Below are positions 56,848 to 64,000 of a stretch of DNA of 64,000 bases, in pieces (within the stretch, counting starts at the first letter, position 1; each line of letters begins with the position of its first letter). The notes under the pieces are model-generated. The model saw nothing but the letters and a program-made list of their open reading frames with translations. It ran no database searches and had not been told where the DNA came from. Source of the stretch: Promethearchaeota archaeon (GTDB lineage Archaea > Asgardarchaeota > Lokiarchaeia > Sigyniarchaeales > SOKP01); NCBI GenBank assembly GCA_029838195.1, contig JALGVJ010000005.1:64001-128000 (forward strand), read 5' to 3'. The position numbers were made by a program, and so were the translations under genes.

Positions 56848-59800
56848 ATGGTACAAATCACGAGCGTTGACATTGAAGAGGAGGAAGAAGAGGGAAGAAT
56901 TAAACAAGGAACGATTGCACAGTTTATGCGCAAGAGGACCCAATTAGTCGGGTTTGAATTTGGTTATTGGAAGCACGTGCAATACTGTGCTGAATTTTTA
57001 GATAATGCTTTAGATGCAATCGAGGAGTTTCAATGGCAAGAGTTAAAGAAACCCGATTCCAAAATAAAATTCTCCTTAGATCAAGAATTATCCTTAGAAA
57101 ATATCTCATTGATAGAGGATGAGATGGAAAAACGGGATGCTCAAAGGCTCGAATACAATGCTAAAGAAATTCTCAAAAAAGAACTTGAAAATGGGGTTGA
57201 GTTAACTAAGCAAAAAGATTCTAAAATTTTAAAGGAGGAAAAAGAGGAAGGGGCTGTAGAATTAAAAGATAAGAAGAAGATAGAAATTGAAGAAGAAGTA
57301 ATGAATATCATTGAAGACATGACAGAACTTTTAAAACCCGTTGAAAAAATCATTGATACAGAACCTTTAGTAATAATTAGACTAAGAGAGGCAGAAGCCT
57401 CTACTTATTTAACTGCAGAATTAAATCAGAAAAATGTTATGAGTTATACTTTTGAAATTTTTGATAATGGAATTGGAATGAATAGGGGTGATATTAAGAA
57501 ATTCGGTCAATATTTAGCGTCTTCAAAAAGCACCCAATTAAAACAAACAAGAGGAAGTCAAGGATTTGGAGCACCCAGTGCCTTCAGCGACGCACAAAAT
57601 ACTACAGGAAAACCAATTATCTGTGTATCAAAAAGCGCAGAAAACGTTTATGCAACCGTAACTGAGTTTTTTACTACTTCTAAAAATAAAAAAAGATACG
57701 TGATTCACCCTACAGATATAGACAGCCCATTCCTCCATGGTACATATATAAAATTAAATTATTTGAACACGAAATATATACGGGGATATGTAGACACTTA
57801 CATAAGAGAAACTGCCATGCTAAATAGTCACATCACAATAATTTACATTGATCCTTATGGTAAAGAAGAAAAATACCCACGATTAGCATTAAGTTTTCCC
57901 GAGGAACCTAAATATGCTAAACCACATCCTGCTTCTACTAATATCGGCGATCTTCAAGATCTTTTGTCAAAATCGGAAAGTTATAAAACTCTTACTTCAT
58001 TTTTGAAGGATAATTTTGTGAGGATAAGTCAAAAGGTCGCCGATAAAATAATTGATTTAGCAGAAAAAGATCTCCAAGATAAACTCAATATATTAATTTT
58101 AAAAGATGGTTTTTTAACAAAGGGTTCAAAATCTACTGATAGCATCTATTTTGCTCGTAAAGAAAAGCGAATATATGGTAAATCAACTAAACCTCGAGAT
58201 AAGCTTGTTATATATCAATTAACCTCGGAGGAATTATTAAATAAATATTGGAAATTAATAGGAGAATATGATCAACAATTAAAAAAAAATAAAAAAATAG
58301 TAAAAGAGATTAAAAAATTAAATGATAAAATAGAAAAGAGTGAAATTAAAAAAGAAATTAAGGTTTATAAAAAAGAAATAGATCAATTAAAGAAAAAAAT
58401 TAAAACACTTAGGAAAAATAAAGAAGATATTAAAAATAAATTACATGAGCTTTTAATATCTTCAAAAGAAGGACTGATTGAGTTAAAAAAATTTAAAAAA
58501 AGAGAAGATTTTGAAGATTTAATTAATGAGGTTCAAATATCAAAAACCAAACCATCTAATTTGACCAAAAATCAATTTGATTCCTTATTTTTAGCTTTTA
58601 AATCAATTAATTACATGGCACCTCCCACAGATACTGTGATCCCCGTAGAAGAAACTACTTTAGAAAATACAATGATAAAAGAATTAGGACTGAAAATTTC
58701 TGAAAATCTTGATGATTTTGACACGCCCGTTGATACATTAAAAGAGTTCCGAGAACAATTGCTTGAAGAAAAACGAAAACTACTTGCGGGAAATAACGTA
58801 AAAAATAATCCTAATCCTTTTTCTCAAATCACGGTGGAAGAAAATGAACTCATTCAATTAAATTCGCAAATTTTAGCAAGTATTTACATTAATACAACAA
58901 AAACATCGAAAGAGAGAGTAATTCAAACCATTGAAGATATTGTGTCTTTAGAAGAGACAGAATCTAAAGAATCGTATGAAGAGATTTTTGAATATTTTTT
59001 AGAAACATTTAGTAAAGATGACGATTTTGTTGCTGCTGAAACAAGACGTCCCACTAGCGGCAAAGGTTTAGCCTACGTTGTCGAAGCCGTTTTGGCATAT
59101 TCAAATAGATTAGAAATCCCAAAACGCTCCAGAGATGTTTTATCTCGATTTGTAAATAGAACGCCAAAACTAAGAGATAGTGCCGATTGTGCCATTACAA
59201 AAGCAGTACAATCCGTAAACTGGAAGAATTATAAATTAGATACTTACGATAATAACTTACCTAAAGGACCAATTAAACTTTTAGTAAATGTTTCAGGACC
59301 ATATGTTCATTTAATGTTTAAATCCCAATCTAAAAATGCTCTTGCCGATGATGAGAATTTAATAAAAGAGATAAAATATTGTTTAGAAGCCATCGGAAGA
59401 AGATTAAGAGTATATCTCAATAGAAGAATTGCGATTACTAAAAGAGAAAAAAGAGCGAATTTAATAGAAAAATATATCCCGAAATTTGTTAATAGTCTCT
59501 ATAACATTGCTAAAGAAGGAAGTAAATTTAAAGATAGTTTGAAAAAAGAAGAGTTAGAGATGTTAATTAGAACTTCAATTACAAAAAAGACGCCCCTTCA
59601 AATCGCGCCTAAATTGATAATTAAACCTAAAGAAGAGAAAAAATTAGAGAAACCAAAAGATTTAGAAAAAAAGAGGGAAATATCCCTTAAAGAAAAAGGC
59701 GAAAAGCCATCGAAAAAGAAGGAATTAGAGAAGAAACCATTGATAAAAGACATTCCGAAAGACCTAAATAAATTGACTATTAAACAATTAAGAAGCTTAG

Positions 59801-60243
59801 CCAAGAAAAATGATATTAAAATACCTTCTAAGGTAAAAAAGAGTGAAATTATAAAAATAATAAAGAAAGAAATCTACAAAGAAGAAGCACTTGTTGAAAC
59901 GCCTTTAGTGGAAGAAAAAGAAATTGAAAAAGTTAAAACAAAAACTAAAGAGGAAACAAAACAAATTTTACCGGAAACTTCATTAAAGAAAGTTAAAGTT
60001 AAGGAGAAAACTAAAAAGAAATTACCCAAACCTAAGCAAATGGAATTGCCAATAATAACTACGGATAGAATTTTAGAGGTTTTAACCGATGAGTGGCAAA
60101 CTATAAAACATTTAATTTTTAAATTAAAAATTAAGGACATGTTGGATGCTCGATATTTAACAGTTAAATTGAAAGAATTGGAAAGAAAAGGAATAGTCGA
60201 AATGGACATCAAAACTGGAAAAACGCATTGGAGATTAAAATGA
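56848..60243 (+). CDS. top6B: DNA topoisomerase VI subunit B, expanded (1131 aa)
   Basis: EFLDNALDA, DNGIGM, RGSQGFG, KPHP, RFVNRTP, FKSQSK; upstream of top6A. Confidence 0.9.
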   Translation: MVQITSVDIEEEEEEGRIKQGTIAQFMRKRTQLVGFEFGYWKHVQYCAEFLDNALDAIEEFQWQELKKPDSKIKFSLDQELSLENISLIEDEMEKRDAQRLEYNAKEILKKELENGVELTKQKDSKILKEEKEEGAVELKDKKKIEIEEEVMNIIEDMTELLKPVEKIIDTEPLVIIRLREAEASTYLTAELNQKNVMSYTFEIFDNGIGMNRGDIKKFGQYLASSKSTQLKQTRGSQGFGAPSAFSDAQNTTGKPIICVSKSAENVYATVTEFFTTSKNKKRYVIHPTDIDSPFLHGTYIKLNYLNTKYIRGYVDTYIRETAMLNSHITIIYIDPYGKEEKYPRLALSFPEEPKYAKPHPASTNIGDLQDLLSKSESYKTLTSFLKDNFVRISQKVADKIIDLAEKDLQDKLNILILKDGFLTKGSKSTDSIYFARKEKRIYGKSTKPRDKLVIYQLTSEELLNKYWKLIGEYDQQLKKNKKIVKEIKKLNDKIEKSEIKKEIKVYKKEIDQLKKKIKTLRKNKEDIKNKLHELLISSKEGLIELKKFKKREDFEDLINEVQISKTKPSNLTKNQFDSLFLAFKSINYMAPPTDTVIPVEETTLENTMIKELGLKISENLDDFDTPVDTLKEFREQLLEEKRKLLAGNNVKNNPNPFSQITVEENELIQLNSQILASIYINTTKTSKERVIQTIEDIVSLEETESKESYEEIFEYFLETFSKDDDFVAAETRRPTSGKGLAYVVEAVLAYSNRLEIPKRSRDVLSRFVNRTPKLRDSADCAITKAVQSVNWKNYKLDTYDNNLPKGPIKLLVNVSGPYVHLMFKSQSKNALADDENLIKEIKYCLEAIGRRLRVYLNRRIAITKREKRANLIEKYIPKFVNSLYNIAKEGSKFKDSLKKEELEMLIRTSITKKTPLQIAPKLIIKPKEEKKLEKPKDLEKKREISLKEKGEKPSKKKELEKKPLIKDIPKDLNKLTIKQLRSLAKKNDIKIPSKVKKSEIIKIIKKEIYKEEALVETPLVEEKEIEKVKTKTKEETKQILPETSLKKVKVKEKTKKKLPKPKQMELPIITTDRILEVLTDEWQTIKHLIFKLKIKDMLDARYLTVKLKELERKGIVEMDIKTGKTHWRLK

Positions 60244-60272
60244 TTGCCTTGGAGGAGGGTGATTAATTAAAA

Positions 60273-61463
60273 ATGAGTAAAAAAAAAGTAAAAGAGTGGA
60301 ATTTAAAAGCTGCTAAAGAATTAATAAAAAGTTATCTGGAAAAACATAAACACGAAGAAGGGAAATCATTATCTCTTCCTGAAGGAACAATCCGAATAGA
60401 AGATCTAGATAGAAAGCAAGTATTATCTAGAATATATAATGTTGTCGATGAAATCATTGAAAAAGTGTACAAATCAGGAAAGCCTTCTATTAAGCTACCA
60501 TCAAGAAGTAGTTCAAATATTATATGGGATGAAGAAAATGATTTATTGCTCCTTGGTGAACAAATTATGGAAAAACAATTTCATTCCTTAACCAGCGTGG
60601 CAGACTTCACTAGATTAGTTCGGGTATTGGAAATAATTAATGAATTACTGTTAAAAAATATTCATGCTACAAAACGAGAGATTTTTTACAATGATGTAAA
60701 GTTATTTGGAGACCAAAAGAATAGTGATAAATGTATAGAAGATGTAGCAACCATGTTATATACCACTAGAAATTCAACGCATATCGTTGCTTCTGCTAAA
60801 GGTTCTTGTATCGGGAGATTGCGGATTAGAGATAGAAATGACATAATTGATCTCGAAGGATTGGGGAGCGGTGGATGGACGATAAGTCCCATGCTTGACA
60901 ATATAGAGATTTTAGAGTCTGATGCCGAATTTATTCTAGTAGTAGAAAAAGATGCAGCCATGATTCGTTTATCAGAAGCAAGATTTTGGAAGCAATATCC
61001 TTGTATTATTTTAACAGCTAAAGGAGCCGCTGATATTGCTACTAGAATGTTTTTAAAAAGATTAAGTAAGGAACTTAAATTACCCGTTTTTAGTTTAGTT
61101 GATAGCGATCCGTATGGACATTATATTCATTCTGTATATTTAAGAGGATCGAAACGGTTGAGCTATGAATCACCTTTTTTAGCAACACCAAATATAAAAC
61201 TATTAGGTGTTTTAACGAGAGATTTGGATAAATATCACATCCCAAATGATTGCAGATTGCCCATGAATAAAATGGATTTAAAAAGAACTAAGGAACTATT
61301 AAATGAAAGCTTTGTGAAAAAAAATAAAGAATGGGAAAAAGACCTCCAATTGGCATTGAGATTGAAAATTAAAGCTGAAATTCAAGCGTTATCTTCTCAT
61401 GGCTTTGAATTTCTAACTGATCAATATCTTCCAGAAAAATTAACTACAGGTGATTGGATTTGA
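60273..61463 (+). CDS. top6A: DNA topoisomerase VI subunit A (Spo11 family)
   Basis: TKREIFY (catalytic Tyr), VVEKDA, DSDPYG, KAEIQAL. Confidence 0.95.
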   Translation: MSKKKVKEWNLKAAKELIKSYLEKHKHEEGKSLSLPEGTIRIEDLDRKQVLSRIYNVVDEIIEKVYKSGKPSIKLPSRSSSNIIWDEENDLLLLGEQIMEKQFHSLTSVADFTRLVRVLEIINELLLKNIHATKREIFYNDVKLFGDQKNSDKCIEDVATMLYTTRNSTHIVASAKGSCIGRLRIRDRNDIIDLEGLGSGGWTISPMLDNIEILESDAEFILVVEKDAAMIRLSEARFWKQYPCIILTAKGAADIATRMFLKRLSKELKLPVFSLVDSDPYGHYIHSVYLRGSKRLSYESPFLATPNIKLLGVLTRDLDKYHIPNDCRLPMNKMDLKRTKELLNESFVKKNKEWEKDLQLALRLKIKAEIQALSSHGFEFLTDQYLPEKLTTGDWI

Positions 61464-61981
61464 GAATTTTTAATAAAAAGGATGGGGGAATTGTACAAGT
61501 TATCGATAAAGAAAAGATGAAGGATTGGCCCGTGGAATTGCCATTAATTTTTGTTGAATACATGCGGGAAAAAAAGGTAAATACTTATGACGATCCTAAG
61601 GTAAAAAAAGAAGTTTCGAAATATTTAGATGAAATTTTAAGAGATATAGCCATGCCAAGATTAATCTCTTTGTTAAAGGAAGAAAAGGAAGAAGAAATCA
61701 TCATGGCGCTTGAGAGATTAAAAGAATTGGCTCAAAAAAACTTGGAAATGGTAAAACCCATGCGCCCTTATTTAGATGATTTATTGAAAAAAAAAAATAA
61801 ACAAATCGTTAAATTAGCTAAATCTATTTCTGAAAGTTTTGCTCGAGCGGAAAAAAATAAGCTATTAGCTGAAAAAAGAAAATTAATGCAAGAAAAAGAG
61901 AATTTATTTTTACAAGGGAAAATAACTGCCGAAGAATACGCAAAATACAGAAAAGAGTATTTATTATTAAAAAAGGGTTAA
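61454..61981 (+). CDS. Hypothetical helical protein (HEAT-like repeat, C-terminal SHOCT-like motif)
   Basis: 'MPRLISLL...ALERL...LDDLL'; 'GKITAEEYAKYRKE'. Confidence 0.6.
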   Translation: MDLRIFNKKDGGIVQVIDKEKMKDWPVELPLIFVEYMREKKVNTYDDPKVKKEVSKYLDEILRDIAMPRLISLLKEEKEEEIIMALERLKELAQKNLEMVKPMRPYLDDLLKKKNKQIVKLAKSISESFARAEKNKLLAEKRKLMQEKENLFLQGKITAEEYAKYRKEYLLLKKG

Positions 61982-61987
61982 ATATTC

Positions 61988-62674
61988 ATGGTGTGGAAGG
62001 AAGAAAAATTCATTGAATTCATTTTAGATAATAATGTTCTCGAATTTGTTGATACCCCTTTCACCCTAAAATCGGGAAGACTTTCATATTGGTATATTAA
62101 TTGGAGAAATATTTCAGAAGATGTCTTTTTATTAGAAAAATTAACAGATTTTATTTTGGATTATGTAGACGATTTTAATCTAGATCCGGATACATTTTAT
62201 GGCGTGCCCGAAGGAGCAACAAAATTAGGGATTATAACTCAATACAAGTGGGCTAAATGTCATGATAGGTTAAAAAAAGGCGATTTTGTGTTATCCATGG
62301 GGAGAGCATTACCAAAAGATCATGGAGATCCAAAAGATAAATATTTTTTAGGAAAACCGCGAGGGAAAGTTGTTATATTAGAAGATACTATCACTACTGG
62401 AGAATCCTTATTAAATACAGTAAAAATCATGAAAAGTATGAATATAAATATAGGTGCGATTATCTGCTTATCCAATCGAAATGAATTAAGGGCAGATGGT
62501 AAGAATATTGCAGACATTATAAAAGATTTAAATATTAAATTCCATTCCATGAGCAATGCTATCGATATCCTACCTCGTGCAATAAAAAAATTTCAACTTA
62601 AAAAATCCCTCATCCAAGAGATAAAAAACTATTTTGAAAAGTATGGTAGCGTGAAATTAAACTTAGATACATGA
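61988..62674 (+). CDS. pyrE: Orotate phosphoribosyltransferase
   Basis: FTLKSGRLS, KDHG, VVILEDTITTGES PRPP motif. Confidence 0.9.
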   Translation: MVWKEEKFIEFILDNNVLEFVDTPFTLKSGRLSYWYINWRNISEDVFLLEKLTDFILDYVDDFNLDPDTFYGVPEGATKLGIITQYKWAKCHDRLKKGDFVLSMGRALPKDHGDPKDKYFLGKPRGKVVILEDTITTGESLLNTVKIMKSMNINIGAIICLSNRNELRADGKNIADIIKDLNIKFHSMSNAIDILPRAIKKFQLKKSLIQEIKNYFEKYGSVKLNLDT

Positions 62675-62740
62675 TTTCTTGAAATACAGATCCTTTTCGC
62701 AAGGTCATGAATTAGAATGTTTAAGGTTTTTTGGCGTATT

Positions 62741-63316
62741 CTAATCCGCAGATATAGGATTCTTTTCAAGGAAAAAGTTTCTCCACGTTTTTATTAAATT
62801 AGAGAGCATTTTTATGAGAATCCTTTCTGAAGTGGTTAATTTTTTCTCTTCTTCCAAAGAAAATTCAGAAATTGCCAATTTTAGAATTTTTAATAATCTT
62901 GTATCAATTAAATTCGAATAATAAGAATTAAAATTATCCATTGCTAAATTAGTTTTAATACCTTTATCCACGTCATTTTTCATAATTGTTTTAAATTCTT
63001 TAATTTTATTTAAGAGGAATTCCTGTTCTGGATTAGCTAGTTGTTGTTCATTTTTTTCATTAAAAGCATGCCTTTGTACATCAAGGTGATCGCATTTATC
63101 CGCAGGAGACACGCTTAAAATATTCTTTTCAATAAGAGGAAGTGCTAGGAAAAACGGCAGATTATATTTATTGTTGTTTTTAAATTTTGGAAAAGAATAT
63201 CCTAATAATTCAAATCCGTTATAATCTTTTACACAATAAGTTTGAATTATTTCATGCTGAAAGATTAAATTAATACGTCTTAAAGAGTTAATTAGATTTT
63301 GAGAAATTAAATTCAT
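62741..63316 (-). CDS. GINS subunit, Gins23/Psf2 type (B domain then A domain)
   Basis: 'VKDYNGFE...LPFFLALPL' B domain; 'RLLKILKLA...LTTSERIL...WR' A domain. Confidence 0.7.
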   Translation of the reverse strand: MNLISQNLINSLRRINLIFQHEIIQTYCVKDYNGFELLGYSFPKFKNNNKYNLPFFLALPLIEKNILSVSPADKCDHLDVQRHAFNEKNEQQLANPEQEFLLNKIKEFKTIMKNDVDKGIKTNLAMDNFNSYYSNLIDTRLLKILKLAISEFSLEEEKKLTTSERILIKMLSNLIKTWRNFFLEKNPISAD

Positions 63317-63433
63317 GAATTATTCTGGACGGGTTATTAAAATTAGAGAGATTTTATTTAATTGATAATGCTCATTATCTATTAATAAATTAATCTTTTT
63401 TATGCGTTAAAAAATTTTTTAAAAGGAAAATAT

Positions 63434-64000
63434 ATGATGTTAGAACTCGTTTTCGTGCTTATTTTTATTGGTTTTTCAATTTTTGGGTTTATAATAATCT
63501 ATAGACAAGTTAATTTAATTAAAAAAGGCGAGTTTACTTTAAAAGATCGGTTATTTTGCTTTATTTATGCTATATTTTTTGCCATGGGAGCAAGTGTCGT
63601 AATTGGGATGGCAATAATTTTCACGATTGAAACACCAGATTTTTGGGAGACTAGTGAAACACCTCCTCCCACGTTTAATCCTTTATTTTTTTTAATTCCA
63701 TTTTTTGCTTGTTTAGGTTATATATCAATCTATCCCTTAATGGATTTTTTATTCATGGCATTAAATAAAAGAACAGAAAGAGGTTTCACTCCGATCCATG
63801 AATTTATTGAGGACAAGATAATTAATTTGAAGGAAAATCACGTGGTAAGAATAATTATTTCAGTATTGTTGTATCTAGGAGCGATTATAGCCCCTATCAT
63901 GATTCTTACGTTAATAGGTGTACCTTTAATCATTAGTTATATTTCTTGGGTCCTAATTTATCCTTTAATTATTCTAACATATTTTGGCTCGAAAGGATAC
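63434..64000 (+). CDS. Multi-pass membrane protein, partial (runs off the window)
   Basis: ATG 63434 MMLELVFVLIFIGFSIFGFIIIYRQ...; the frame appears open to the window end. Confidence 0.7.
   Translation, partial: MMLELVFVLIFIGFSIFGFIIIYRQVNLIKKGEFTLKDRLFCFIYAIFFAMGASVVIGMAIIFTIETPDFWETSETPPPTFNPLFFLIPFFACLGYISIYPLMDFLFMALNKRTERGFTPIHEFIEDKIINLKENHVVRIIISVLLYLGAIIAPIMILTLIGVPLIISYISWVLIYPLIILTYFGSKGY

Noticed and set aside
57030-59020. Inteins explaining the Top6B length
   Set aside because: No N-terminal Cys/Ser block, C-terminal HN or LAGLIDADG motifs
1-64000. CRISPR arrays, rRNA genes, intact transposases or integrases
   Set aside because: No regularly spaced repeats, long GC-rich rRNA-like tracts or transposase motifs were seen

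Overview
Strongly AT-rich archaeal chromosome segment, most consistent with an Asgard archaeon of the Lokiarchaeia/Promethearchaeota type. This is inferred from archaeal housekeeping genes (rpl15e, Pop5/Rpp30, top6A/B, Gins23, valS, LysW-pathway lysXZK, smc-scpA-scpB) together with eukaryotic-signature proteins (two Roadblock proteins, Rab-like and MglA-like GTPases, a longin/NPR2-like protein, an EMC6-like protein) and a eukaryote-type SECIS. The first ~7 kb is an accessory-looking patch holding the best hidden signals, all missed or broken by the ORF track. (1) A 35-aa peptide gene (6615-6722, minus) with a basic leader and a duplicated SCKCGGDAC core lies about 3 kb upstream of an RRE/PqqD-radical SAM-SPASM gene split by a -1 slippery site; together they are a candidate Asgard RiPP system. 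(2) A 116-aa HesB-like ORF (4861-5211) has an in-frame UGA and an AUGA/UGA SECIS hairpin 13 nt after its stop, making it a candidate selenoprotein. Elsewhere there is a 1487-aa SMC with no recognisable hinge and modular arm repeats, an HhH-fused ScpA, a TopoVI-B roughly twice the usual size, a tRNA-Ala(CGC) with a non-canonical D-arm intron, and a MoxR/VWA/SWIM operon with unusual features. All family calls come from motif recognition by eye; no searches were run.
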